A DNA stretch of 64,000 nt, taken from Macrostomum lignano (Eukaryota). Below are positions 1 to 12,587 of this stretch, one piece after another. The first letter of the stretch is position 1. Each line of letters begins with the position of its first letter. The translations under genes and the position numbers were made by a program. The notes below the pieces were generated by a model. The model was not told the origin of the DNA and made no database searches. It saw only the letters and a list, made by a program, of their open reading frames with translations. The stretch covers positions 1 to 64,000 of the forward strand of contig NIVC01002183.1 in NCBI GenBank assembly GCA_002269645.1. Direction: 5' to 3'.

Positions 1-360
1 CTGACTGACTGACTGACTGACTGACTGACTGACTGACTGACTGACTGACTGACTGACTGACTGACTGACTGACTGACTGACTGACTGACTGACTGACTGA
101 CTGACTGACTGACTGACTGACTGACTGACTGACTGACTGACTGACTGACTGACTGACTGACTGACTGACTGACTGACTGACTGACTGACTGACTGACTGA
201 CTGACTGACTGACTGACTGACTGACTGGACTGACTGACTGACTGACTGACTGACTGACTGACTGACTGACTGACTGGACTGACTGACTGACTGACTGACT
301 GACTGACTGACTGACTGACTGACTGAATGACTGACTTAAGTGAGTGGGTGACTGACTGAC
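1..360 (+). repeat. (CTGA)n microsatellite, intronic, ending just upstream of a 3' splice site
   Basis: Near-perfect CTGA run from base 1 to about 360; acceptor AG at 386-387. Confidence 0.98.
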
Positions 361-387
361 ACCAGCCCTCATCTCCGAGTTTAACAG

Positions 388-3300
388 GTGAGCCACGTGA
401 CCCACGCCTCCGCTAAGCTGCTCTTCGTGCCGGCCTCATCGTCGCTCGGCCACGTCGTGCTGCTCAACAATCGCGAGCACTCGCAGTGCCCGCCAGGCGT
501 CTACAAGCTGCAGCTGGCCGGCCTGGCGGCTGACGCGCCCTACAGAGTCTGCGTCCGCGCCCGGGCCGCCGTCGCCTCCTCAACAGCCGCTGCCTCGGCG
601 TTGCTCTCCGCCTCGCTGGACTTTCGCACCGGGTCGCGCGGCCGCCCCGACCCGCCGATGGACGTCACCGCGCGAGCCGGGCCGCAGGACGGCTCGCTGC
701 TGCTCACCTGGCTGCCAGTCGGACGTCGGCGCGTCGACACAGCGTCCGGCTTCCCGGAGTCGAACGGGTGCCGCGTCACGGGCTATGCGGTGTACGCCGA
801 CTGCAGGCACCGGGTCACCGAGTGCCTGGACGCCAACTCCGACCACTGCCTGCTGGCCAGCAGCTCGCTGCCGCCCGGATGCACCAAGCTGACGGTCCGG
901 ACAGTTGGCCAGGCAGCGGACGGGTCCGGCCGGACAGTGGAAAGCGCCGACTCGGAGCCGCACTGCGAACTGGTGCGTGGACACTCAAAACCATTGGGTG
1001 AACTGTTCTCTCAGAAGTGCAGGCAATCGAACTTGCTCCACAGGGCAGTGAAAACTCAATAGCACCTGGTTATAGCTGCTCTGTTGGGATGCTGGAGGTC
1101 AAATTATTACTAAATTGTTAAACCGCAGACAGTCTAGAGAGCTGCAGACAGTCTAGACAGCTGCAGACACAGTCTAGACAGCTGCAGACACAGTCTAGAC
1201 AGCTGCAGACACAGTCTAGACAGCTGCAGACACAGTCTAGACAGCTGCAGACACAGTATAGAGAGCTGCAGGCACAGTCTAGACAGCTGCAGACACAGTC
1301 TAGACAGCTGCAGACACAGTCTAGACAGCTGCAGACACAGCAACGCAGCGCACGCAAGTATGCAAGTTCGCACGAGCAGCCGGTTTTGGTTTTTTCGGTG
1401 TTTCAGCATGTCAGTTGCGTAGATTTTAGGCAATACACACACTCAGCATAGTATAAGTGCACTTGCACTTGCCGAAGACAAAGTCTAGCTTCGAGGTCGT
1501 GCGCACCACCGGCATTAACAGTTTTTACGCCACAAGCTTCGTAATTAGAAGAACGGAACTTGGTTTAATACGATTTAATATATCGTACGACACGAAACTA
1601 TAGACACTCCGCAAGTGTAGCCAATGCGCTTCTTACACTACTTAATCTAAGTATCAGTAGCGTGCATAGTCTTCTTTATAACACACGGAAAATCTCCACT
1701 ATAGTCGCCGCATTTCCGGTGTCGGACTGGCACTAGCGGGCCGACACGACGATGTCTGCAGACGGCGCTGCCTTCGAAATTGTCGATGGATACGTCGCGA
1801 CGTTGGTTGCAGCGCGCTGAGCGCAGCGACAGCGTCACGGACAGCCCTTGGTGGCCGTTCAGTGTGACTCCAAAGTCTTGCTGGGTAACCTTACTACGTT
1901 GTCAAGGCGCACAGTATATTAGCTATTCATTAGGATCTGTGTTCCCTGTGTATACAGCTTTGCAGCTGCGACCGTTTGCTGTTGTGCCCGATGGAATATT
2001 CAATTCACAATTCGAATTTTAAAGTTATCTACTATTAGTAGTGAGAATCCAGCGAAAAATCGGGTGTACAACTGTACATAGGGATTAAAAGAGTAGATGA
2101 GGATTGTGATGCAGGGAAGTGGGAGACGGTTTAGATATTCAGGGAAGTGAATCAGAATGCGGATACAGTGTATGAGGATGTAGATTCAGAGGGTGAAGAT
2201 GTAGATTTAGAGGGTGAGGATGTAGATTTAAAGAATGAGGATGTAGATTCAGATTATGAGGATGTAGATTTCGATTATGAGGATGTAGATTCCGATTATG
2301 AGGATGTAGATTCAGAGGATGAGGATGTAGATTCAGAGGATGAGGATGTAGATTCAGAGGATGAGGATGTAGATTTCGATTATGAGGATGTAGATTCGAT
2401 TATGAGGATGTAGCTTCAGAGGATGAGGATGTAGATTCAGAGGATGAGGATGTAGATTTCGATTATGAGGATGTAGATTCAGTGAATGAGGATGTAGATT
2501 CAGTGAATGAGGATGTAGATTCAGTGAATGAGGATGTAGATTCAGTGAATGAGGATGTAGATTCAGTGAATGAGGATGTAGATTCAGTGAATGAGGATGT
2601 AGATTCAGTGAATGAGGATGTTGATTCAGTGAATGAGGATGTAGATTCAGTGGGTGAGGATGTAGATTCAGTGCATGAGGATGTAGATTCAGTGAATGAG
2701 GATGTAGATTCAGTGGGTGAGGATGTATAGATTCAGTGAATGGGGATGTAGATTCAGTAGGTGAGGATGTATAGATTCAGTGAATCGGGATGCAGATTCA
2801 GTGAATGAGGATGTAGATTCAGTAGGTGAGGATGTATAGATTCAGTGAATGGGGATGCAGATTCAGTAGGTGAGGATGTATAGATTCAGTGAATGGGGAT
2901 GTAGATTCAGTAGGTGAGGATGTATAGATTCAGTGAATCGGGATGCAGATTTAGTGAATGAGGATGTAGATTCAGTAGGTGAGGATGTATAGATTCAGTG
3001 AATCGGGATGCAGATTCAGTAGGTGAGGATGTATAGATTCAGTGAATCGGGATGTAGATTCAGTAGGTGAGGATGTATAGATTCAGTGAATGAGGATGTA
3101 GATTCAGTAGGTGAGGATGTATAGATTCAGTGAATCGGGATGCAGATTCAGTAGGTGAGGATGTATAGATTCAGTGAATCGGGATGTAGATTCAGTAGGT
3201 GAGGATGTATAGATTCAGTGAATGAGGATGTAGATTCAGTAGGTGAGGATGTATAGATTCAGTGAATCGGGATGCAGATTCAGTAGGTGAGGATGTATAG

Positions 3301-5296
3301 ATTCAGTGAATCGGGATGTAGATTCAGTAGGTGAGGATGTATAGATTCAGTGAATGAGGATGTAGATTCAGTAGGTGAGAATGTATAGATTCAGTGAATC
3401 GGGATGTAGATTCAGTGAATGAGGATGTAGATTCAGTGAATGGGGATGTAGATTCAGTGGATGAGGATGTAGATTCAGAGGGTGAGAATGTAGATTCAGA
3501 GGGTGAGAATGTAGATCCAGACAGTGGGTTTCTGCAGCATTTAAGCAAATACTCAATGAATGCATCAACATCACAGCCGTCCATCGTTAAAAAAATATGT
3601 CAGCAAAATTTTACATATACTGATACCATATAGCCCACGCAAAGATATCACAATCATAGGTGGCTTGCAAATTGTACATTTGCTGTCAAGTAAAGCTGCT
3701 TTGCCTTCTGCTGCGCATTTATTTTACGTTATATTCTAGTAAACCTTACTGCCATAGCGGCACTGTCGTAATTTTATAGTTATTTATTCTGTCTGTTGCT
3801 CATTCATATCAGTCAGTGGCTACTATAAGTAGTATATTACAATCTTCAGGCCGGCAAGATTTCTGTCGAGAGCGCGCGAAAACGACTGACTAGAAATCCT
3901 TCAGCACCAGAGACCGCTACTATTCGTAAGTTGGGTCGAACAATTCCTGTCCTCAATGTACATATCGTTATGTACGTACTATTACGTACGTACAATTTAT
4001 GTACGAAACTTTTTTGCTTTCTACTGCTCATTAGTAGTGTAAAACTCAAATGCACTTCACTATTTGCTTACAGGCGACTCGGAGAGCGAATACGATGACG
4101 AATACCTGTCTGGCCAGCAGCGGGGTTTTCCTCAGCGGAGCTCCAACAATCATCGGCAGCAGAGAGTCAACGTCGGCGACAACACGGCGCCAACTCCGCC
4201 ACCGCGTCCAGCCGTACACCGTCCGAATCTGGCGGCGACGACGACAACGACGGCCATGACGACGGTGAGAGCGTCTACTGGCAGCGGCGATGGTGCGCGC
4301 ATCTTTGTGGCGCTGTTCGACTACGATCCGGCCGTTATGAGCCCGAATCCTGACGCTGCCGCCGTGGAGTTGGCGTTCAAAGAGGGCCAGCTGATAAAGG
4401 TGAGCGTCCCGTTGACGATCGGTATAACATGAAGTCTCAAACTTGAAATATCTCACTGCTAAAAATCCTTTTTGTCTAATGCTAGTAGCGTTAAGCTTCA
4501 TGAGACCCAGATGTTAATTATATTTATAACTTGTTACTGCCCATTCCACCGACTCCCCTGAGCAGGCACACAAGCGCGCGGATATGTACGCAGTCATACG
4601 CACAGGCACACACTCACACAGGAGTGCACAGCGGCCCTAACTTTATTTATCGTTAGGCATGTACACTTCACTGTGCCTTGGGGTTGGACCTCAAGCTGGG
4701 CGTTAATTGCACGAGCAGAGCCAAGCCGAGATTCCAATTTAAGCCCCAAATTCAATGGCAATGGCAGCTCGGCGATGTAACTATTCATCTCCAGTGTTCC
4801 CTAGCTAAGTCTAATTATTTCAGCACAAAATGGCTTAGTTCAAGTGAAGTGCCTGCTTTCCGAGTTGACAAGAGTCGGCAATCGCCAGCCCTGCAATCTG
4901 CTCTGCATCTTTTCATCCTAAACCAACCCCCTCCCCCCGCAGGTGTGGGGCAGCCGGGACTCGGACGGCTTCTACAGAGGCGAGTGCAACAGTCGGATCG
5001 GCCTGATCCCCGGCAACATGATCAGCGAGGTGCACATGGAAGCCGCTAGCGGACGCCTCGGCAGCGTTGGCAGCACCAAACCGGCTGACGGTCGAACCCG
5101 CATGGTGGCCCTGTACGACTACGATCCGAAGACGCTGAGTCCGAACGCTGACGCTGATGTCGAGTTGTCATTCAACGCTGGCGACGTTGTCCTGCCGCTG
5201 GGCCCAGTCGACGAGGACGGCTTCCTGCTGGGCGAGCTGGAGCGCGACGGCTCGCAGGGCCTGGTGCCCAGCAACTTCCTCCAGCTGATGGTCTGA
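388..5296 (+). CDS. RIMBP2: RIMS-binding protein (RIM-BP) 3' portion; exons 388-972, 4074-4399, 4943-5296, plus a possible small exon near 1827-1885
   Basis: FN3 repeats (YRVCVRA, PDPPMDVTARAGPQDGSLLLTWLP, GYAVY) followed by two SH3 domains ([74 protein letters not shown]...GLVPSNFL). GT/AG boundaries read from the sequence; stop TGA 5294-5296. The phase between 972 and 4074 requires an extra exon. Confidence 0.9.
1128..1342. repeat. 21-bp minisatellite (AGACAGCTGCAGACACAGTCT)
   Basis: About 10 tandem units in a RIMBP intron. Confidence 0.95.
2160..3510. repeat. 21-bp minisatellite (GAGGATGTAGATTCAGTGAAT) with variant sub-arrays
   Basis: Tandem units; the D/E-rich ORFs here are repeat translations. 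Confidence 0.95.
4540..4780 (-). mobile_element. Dispersed SINE-like element family A, copy 1
   Basis: Reverse complement aligns by eye over about 240 bp with 14270-14510. Confidence 0.75.
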
Positions 5297-5330
5297 CGAA
5301 CTGGCGAGCGACTGACTAAGGACGACTTAA

Positions 5331-5994
5331 GAGGGACGGGAGGCCTCGTTTCTTGGAAAATTTTTGAAGGCAGGCTTTTCCGAAAAATACACTACGGAGA
5401 TAGGAAGTTTTCATTTCTTCAGCACAAGGACTGCTGTTGCTTTTGATGGGAGGCAGATCCAGTGTTCATCTTTTGATATGTTGTGCCTTTCTTATTGCTC
5501 TATCGATACTCATGGGGCTTTTCGCTCAAAGAATTAGGGATTCTATGCTAATTTTTATTCTACATACATTTGCACATATTCTTGTGCCTAAAAACCATTA
5601 AAATGGCACAGCTCAGCTCTTGGTTTTAAGATTTCATTTTATAATTCCTAGCTGACTGTGTAGCAAATATTTGTAACAGAGATGATAAAATAGATTTATA
5701 AAACCAAAGATTGGAGCTGTGCCATGCATTTTTATGATTGTTAGTTACAGGAAATGTACGTAGAATAAAAAATTCACATAGAATCCTAATTCTTTGAACG
5801 AAAAGCTTTGTGAGTATTGATAGAGCAATAAGAAAGGCACAACATATCAAAAAAATGAACACTGGATCTGCCTCCAATCAAAAGCAACAACAATTTTTGT
5901 GCTGAAAAAATGAAAACTTCCTATCTCCATAGTGCATTTTTTTCGGAAAAGCCGCCTTCAAAAATTTTCCAAGAAACGAGGTTTCCCGTCCTTC
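5331..5994. mobile_element. Foldback MITE with about 250-bp inverted arms, flanked by TTAA (Kolobok-like termini)
   Basis: 5' end GAGGGACGGGAGGCCTCGTTTCTTGGAAAATTTTTGAAGGC versus 3' reverse complement GAAGGACGGGAAACCTCGTTTCTTGGAAAATTTTTGAAGGC; TTAA at 5327-5330 and 5995-5998. Similarity extends about 10 bp beyond TTAA, so the superfamily call is uncertain. Confidence 0.8.
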
Positions 5995-6109
5995 TTAAGT
6001 TGTTCCTTGCCATGACCATGTAGAACTCAAAGATCGTGTAATTTTTTGGAGGCTAATTTCCTGAAAAAAGTACACTGCGGAGATAGGAAAAAATATTTTT
6101 TTCATTACA

Positions 6110-6500
6110 AAATCTACAATGATTGCAATTGATCTGGGACAGTGAAGATTATAACCATTCTTTTAATTTAGCACGCACAGCATCATGTTACACTCTGTTA
6201 TAATTTATATACTTTGTAATTAAAGTTTCAATTTCATATTGTAATTTTCTTCTTTTTTCATAGGCCCAAATTTTTATGCACAAATTTTGTATGATAGGAA
6301 CTAATATAAATTGACAAAACAAAACAAAAAATTAAGCTACATGTAATGCCACTTGTGAGCATTACAACTTTGGGCTCATCAAATAATAAGAAAATATAGT
6401 GATAATGAAACTCTCATTACACAGCTGTATAAAATATATAACAGAGTTACATGCTATGCAATCGAAATTAATAAATTGTAATCTTCACTGCCCCAGATAA
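6110..6500. mobile_element. Second, more decayed inverted-repeat (MITE-like) element
   Basis: ATCTGGGACAGTGAAGATTA (about 6132) pairs with TAATCTTCACTGCCCCAGAT (about 6480); further pairing between 6180-6220 and 6410-6455. Confidence 0.55.
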
Positions 6501-8030
6501 AAAAGAAATTATTGATATTGTGATAAAAAAGAATATTTCGAGGGAATTGGCCTCCAAAGGGTTGCACGAATTTTGAGTTCTGCGTCCTGTTATACTAAAG
6601 CGGTCTTGGACCACAGATTGATAGTTGGTTATTCAAATAAACTGCATCCCTGTTGTTTATTAAGAGTTTACAGAACTCTCTATAATTTTGTACGCGATCA
6701 TTTTTCGATCCGAAAGTCACTGGCTAGCTGATACCGACTTGTCATTATTTTTATTGTAATTTTGTTTAAATTCGTTTTTAAATTATGCTTGTACGTGCTG
6801 TCTTGCCGCCATGCAAGTATTACGAATGCTGATCATTGTTTTAATAATCTAAAATAACCCCATCGTATGTGATGTAGAGGTCCAAAACATTTCAAATCAA
6901 GAATTTCAAATAACTCGTTTTTGTAATAAATAAATTTGCGATAATTTTCTTTGGAGATGACTTTTTTGCGGTCAATATTCCAATATTAATATTTTCTATA
7001 GCATATTTTGGAGTCTGTCAAAATCGAGGACTGAACGAGAGATTTCCCAACAATAATGCTTAGTGTCCGAAAAATGGTATCACGACTTCTGCGGCTTCCA
7101 GCAGTGTCGACTTGACCAATATACAATTGTTTTTTATTTCCATAACAACAATCAAATAATATTTTAGATTGTCTATGGTTCAATACTACTGACTAATCTT
7201 CCCCAGAAGTAGTTTTAAGGTTTATTATTTCGCCTGAATGTTTTTTCCCGCAATTAATCATTCCGTTTATATTCTACGGTTTTAGCTAGATTTGCATTTA
7301 AGCATTATTTGTTGGATTTCGCCATAGACAACAAGAGCTAAATCTGAAACAATAAAACTCAAATCAAGTTGATGATTCAGCCAAACAAATTGAGAATTTC
7401 CATTTGGCAGAAGTAGATTTGGTCTTGCCCATAGACATAGATAGACGGAAATAACGCAAGCTAGTTGAGAATTCGGCCATAGACAAAGAAGGATTCCAGG
7501 AGCAACCTCTCTCATCTCTCATGGGCTCTCTCTCTCTCTCTCTCAGCTTTCAAATCTTGTATTGCATATTTTTAAATTGAGCTCATAGAAATAATGCTTA
7601 AACATCAACTTCCATAGATCAAAATTATCAACTTGACTGACAAATGCAATTTTTTTACAGTCTGGCGCGCTTTCTGAAACGTCGCATAGCGCTGCGTATG
7701 TAAAAAAATGTTTTAACAGCTTGGCCCAAATCTACGGGAGAAAGTCGAATTATTTCTGAATTGAGTAAACAGGAAGGGGTGGATTTTTCTACCAACTATA
7801 AAATGGTTTTCGTGCTTAGAATTTTGTCTACTAATTTTGGATCGTACTGTATGGCACAAATAGTTACTGGGAACAATGATTTACACTCGCTCACTTAATC
7901 TATAGCATAAGTGTCTGCAGCTGTTGCACTCTAGAGGCTCAAGACTTGGCTGAAGAACTTTGAGTCACACCTGACTGAGGAGTATTGAGTAGCCTACTGA
8001 AGTTAATCAGAATCAAAATTAATTATCAAA

Positions 8031-8200
8031 GAGTCACAATCATGGCTAAAGTGTCAGAATCATGACCAAAGAGTCAGAATCATGATCAATGAGTCAGAAT
8101 CATGATCAAAGAGTCAGAATCATGATCAATGAGTCAGAATCATTATCATAGAGTCAGAATCATCATAGATTCAGGATCATGGCCAAAAAGTCAGACTTCT
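8031..8200. repeat. 20-bp minisatellite (GAGTCAGAATCATGATCAAA)
   Basis: About 7 degenerate units. Confidence 0.85.
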
Positions 8201-8539
8201 CACCAGAGTTAGAAAACTGAATTTCATGTGCAATAGCAAGTGCATTCTTGCAATTTCTACTAATAAAATCTAATTCAGTTAGTTGGGATCCAGCAATCCA
8301 TCAGAAAGTGTTTGAGGCGTCCCCTCTTCACGAGGTATCGCGACTGTGAGAGTGCGAAAGCTTGATACTGTTTTATTATTTTGACAAGTTAGCAAATATT
8401 CTGTTGCAATTTGATTGCTAAAACATCTTGGTTCAACACACTTGGTGTTGCGCTAGTGGAGAAAAATTAATGACAGATTTTCTATTGCTTTTTCAACGCA
8501 TTTACAGCGGTAACTGGAAACAATCACCAAGGGATGGGT

Positions 8540-9250
8540 ACTTACAGGGGTGACAGCTCGAAGGACAGTTACTTACAGAGGGTGACAGCTCGAAGGACAG
8601 TTACTTACAGAGGGTAACAGCCCGAAGGACAGTTACTTACAGGGGTGACAGCCCGAAGGACAGTTACTTACAGGGGGTGACAGCTCGAAGGACAGTTACT
8701 TACAGGGGGTGACAGCTCGAAGGACAGTTACTTACAGAGGGTGACAGCTCGAAGGACAGTTACTTACAGGGGGTGACAGCTCGAAGGACAGTTACTTACA
8801 GGGGGTGACAGCTCGAAGGACAGTTACTTACAGGGGGTGACAGCTCGAAGGACAGTTACTTACAGAGGGTGACAGCTCGAAGGACAGTTACTTACAGGGG
8901 GTGACAGCTCGAAGGACAGTTACTTACAGAGGGTGACAGCTCGAAGGACAGTTACTTACAGGGGGTGACAGCTCGAAGGACAGTTACTTACAGAGGGTGA
9001 CAGCTCGAAGGACAGTTACTTACAGGGGGTGACAGCTCGAAGGACAGTTACTTACAGAGGGTGACAGCTCGAAGGACAGTTACTTACAGAGGGTGACAGC
9101 TCGAAGGACAGTTACTTACAGAGGGTGACAGCTCGAAGGACAACTTACAGAGGGTGACAGCTCGAAGGACAGTTACTTACAGGGGTGATACACCGAATGA
9201 CTGATTCTTAAAGGAAGTGACAGCCTGAAGGACAGGTGCTTACAGGGGTG
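8540..9250. repeat. 33-bp minisatellite (GTGACAGCTCGAAGGACAGTTACTTACAGAGGG)
   Basis: About 20 near-identical units just downstream of the KCNMB-like stop. Confidence 0.95.
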
Positions 9251-9378
9251 ACATTGGGTGCACGTGCATCAACAAAGAAATAAAATTATAGAGGAAGTAC
9301 GAAAGCAGCTCATCAATGGGCCTCAGCAAAATTACGGTTGTCTAAAGGCCCAAATCTAGAAACGGGTTGCCTCTCGGA

Positions 9379-10376
9379 TCAGTAGCTGATCTGGCTGGTC
9401 CACACCTTGCAGCCCACCGCGCAGAGCACAATCCAGATGAGCAGCAGGCCCAGGCCAAATATCAGCGAAGGCCACAGGATGCAGTGGAACACCAGAGTCT
9501 CGCTGAACTCGCGGCCATAGAGTGCCGAGTAGTCCACGCCGTTGGACTCCGAGCGAATGTAGCACGAGTAGTTTTGGCCCGAGGCGTACAGTGTCTTGTT
9601 TAAATTGGCAATCTGAGCGGCGTTCATTTGTCGGTCCTTGTAGCAGATTCTCGAGGCGCACTGGAAATATCGTGACGAGGCTCTCGTGCTAAGACTCTTG
9701 GTTCGATTCCGTGCGGGAACTCATTAATGTTTTGGCTTCACACCCATGAGAGCCAACACCTGCAGGGCACAGAGATCGTACATGCCTGACGATTAGAAAG
9801 TCAGGGCTGCTGTACACCCTGTGTGAGCTGTGTGCGCGAGTGCGTGTCTGCGTACAGTATTTGCGCGCTTGCATGTGCTCAGGATTCAGTGAAATGGGCA
9901 GAATTGTCTCAATTGGTTTGGCTGTGGGACAATATCGCCGAAGGCATTGCGCCAGAGTGCCTCCTGTCAGCTCTACATGCAAGAGCATTTTTTTAATTTT
10001 CAGAACCCACCATCGAATTGAGCGACGCGGCAGCATAATAAGAATAGATGAGGTAGATCGCAGCCTCTCCCGACTGCACAGGCGCAGTCGCGGTCGTGAA
10101 GTTGACCCGAGCAAGCAGGCACGGAAAGCTGGATGGATCATTGTCTGCCGCGTCCTGGCAGAACTGGCTACCGGTGTAGCTGCTTGTCAGGTAGCGGCAG
10201 GTGGCCGGCGAGAATTCATTCTCGCGCAGGTAGGGGATCACAATGATGCCGAGGCAGATCATCTCGATCACGAATCCCATGACTAGGCTGGTGGCGCCGA
10301 AGATGTAGGCCCAGCGACCGAATCCGATGTCGATGCAGAGCCGATGGCACAGTTGGCTAATGCGCATGGCTTTCAT
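9379..10376 (-). CDS. KCNMB-like (BK channel beta subunit / TipE-related) two-TM protein, about 215 aa; exons 10376-10011 and 9660-9379
   Basis: TM1 (LVMGFVIEMICLGIIVIPYL), then a Cys-rich loop with ATC, FPCL and QNYSCY, then TM2 VFHCILWPSLIFGLGLLLIWIV, resembling the KCNMB LHCFLWP-type segment. Phase-0 GT/AG intron. Confidence 0.75.
9670..9905 (+). mobile_element. SINE-like family A, copy 2 (in the KCNMB-like intron, antisense)
   Basis: B-box-like GGTTCGATTCC at about 9700, shared core GTACATGCCTGACGATTAGAAAGTCAGGGCTGCTGTACAC and shared 3' end GAAATGGGCAG. Confidence 0.65.
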
Positions 10377-11393
10377 TTGCTTTTTACTCGGCTCTGCTGC
10401 TGCCTGACCGAGTAGAAATATGCTTGGCTCTTTTTATTGCTGAGCTCTCATATAGCAGAAGGCGGAAGAAGATCTTGAGGCGGAATCTGTCTTGATCTCG
10501 CTTCAATTTTTACGCTCCAATGAGTCCCGCGTGTGCCCCATTGGCGGCTTCCTGCTGGCCGAGCAATGTGAGGCGGACGCCAGTTCCACAGGGAGTCTTA
10601 ACTTCCTTTTCCTTTTATTTTCTTGCCACCTATCCGGAAGCAGAATGAAGCGGAATGCTCCGACCCCACTCCCCACATGGCAGCAGCTGTCTGCCACTCT
10701 TGGTTCTCGGGAGCGTTTCTTCCAGTAGTTGCTGCCACGAATCCGTTTAAGTCTTAGATCTTCTTTTGTTTTTTCCCAGCCTAAGCTGCAACTACACAGC
10801 GGGGCGATCCTTCCGTCAGACAAGGACGCGCGCGTTCGGTTGGTCTCCATTTCACACGCTCGTCAAGCCGACTGCACTCGCTGCCCCCCCCCCCGAGTGA
10901 GCTCAACGTGTCGTCTGCGTGTTCATCTCAGTCAATGCCGTACGAACGAGATCTACTAATGGTTATGATTTTATTACGAATTTGAGCGCTTGTGATTGAG
11001 AGGTTGAAGTACAACCGAGAGTGTTATTGCTTGTACCCTTTTCTCGAAAATTCAGCAAGAGGTACGGCTGTATATTTTTGCGAGAAAAAAACAAAATTCA
11101 TGATACAACGCATATCCCGATTACAAATTCTTAATATATTAATAATTTTTATTGTCTCAAGGCTGAGTCAGATGAGTTAAAGTCGTTGGAATTATGCAAA
11201 TCACATCCATACATGTATAATAAACTCAATATCTGACTATCAATGCCGGCTCAGAGCAGATATATTGCGTGTCATTAATTATTTCTGACAGTGTGAGCTT
11301 GCTAGCATGCCAAATTCAACTGTCAATAATCACGATTATACCAGGGAAGCCTCTATGGTCGCTTTGCACTTACTTTCATATACAACAGTCTTT

Positions 11394-11720
11394 TTAGCGG
11401 TTGTGAAGTTTCGCGTTTGTGAAGTTTCGCGGTTGTGAAAGTAGATGACATTTAGCGGTTGTGAAGTTTCGCGTTTGTGAAGTTTCGCGGTTGTGAAAGT
11501 AGATGACATTTAGCGGTTGTGAAGTTTCGCGTTTGTGAAGTTTCGCGGTTGTGAAAGTAGATGACATTTAGCGGTTGTGAAGTTTCGCGTTTGTGAAGTT
11601 TAGCGCTTATGAAAGTAGGCGATTTAGCGGTTGTGAAATTTCGCGTTTGTGAAAGTAGGTGATTTAGCGGTTGTGAAATTTCGCGTTTGTGAAAGCAGGT
11701 GATTTAGCGGTTGTGAAGTT
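11394..11720. repeat. Tandem array built on TTGTGAAGTTTCGCG (about 60-bp higher-order unit)
   Basis: Direct inspection; related AAACTTCACA motifs recur in inverted form at about 31740-31850. Confidence 0.85.
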
Positions 11721-12063
11721 TCGCGTTTGTGAAAGCAACCCCTCGAGAGAATTCGCTGTTAAAATATCTAAAAGACTCTACTCAGCGCTATGCAGTCTCC
11801 AAAGAATGCTAATTATGACTAGCGATACGACAGGGATCAATTATATGCGCCCTTTTTGCAGTGAAGGTATAGTTACAATTATGTTTGAACTTGTTGACTC
11901 GTTTTAACGTGCTGGCTAAACGTATTAGGCTGCTGCGATAAAAAATCATTCAGTTCCAGTAGTCCGGTTCAAGTTTTCACCTGGCGAAACGACCGAACTA
12001 AAATCGTACGGATAGAAAAGCCGGATGATTGGATGAAACTGTCGACGTCGAATCGAACCGGAA

Positions 12064-12587
12064 CAGGCGCGTCGCCACCGGGCTGGGGGGGGGCAGGGGG
12101 GACATGTCCCCCCAGTAAAAGCTCTGGGGGGGGGACATGCCAATGCTTTGTACCCCCCCCCACCCCACCTTGTGAGTCGTTGTGGTAATCAATAATTTTT
12201 CTACAGGGCGCCAAACTATAGCGCCTTCGGCGCCCAAATGAGTGCCTGCGGCGGTAAAATGAGTGTCTGCGGTGCTAAAATGGATGCCTGCGGCGGTAAA
12301 ATGAGTGCCTGCGGCGCTAAAATGAGTGTCTGCGGTGCTAAAATGGGTGCCTGCGGCGCTAAAATGAGTGTCTGCGGTGCTAAAATGAGTGTCTGCGGTG
12401 CTAAAATGGGTGCCTGCGGCGCAAAAATGAGTGCCTGCGGTGCTAAAATGAGTGCCTGCGGCGGTAAAATGAGTGCCTGTGGCGCTAAAATGAGTACCAA
12501 AATTTACTTAAATTTATTAGCCATGTACATGTACATGTTGTATTCTTGGCTTTGTCCACCCCCCCCCACCATAAAATCCATCCCCTG
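12064..12587. mobile_element. Non-autonomous hAT-like element containing an internal 21-bp tandem array (12235-12495)
   Basis: CAGG...CCTG termini; 8-bp target duplication AACCGGAA (12056-12063) / CACCGGAA (12588-12595), 7 of 8 matching; G- and C-run subterminal motifs. Confidence 0.7.

Noticed and set aside
7170-7490. Recurring CCATAGAC/GTCTATGG motif (also 34410-34450, 37478, 52351)
   Set aside because: Could be transposon termini, but no consistent paired TIR/TSD structure could be defined.
9781-9810. CTGACGA...GAAA resembling a hammerhead ribozyme core; other CTGATGA sites also checked
   Set aside because: No room for stem II and the core is not conserved in sister copies; the other sites are mostly in coding exons and lack a proper GAAA/stem arrangement.
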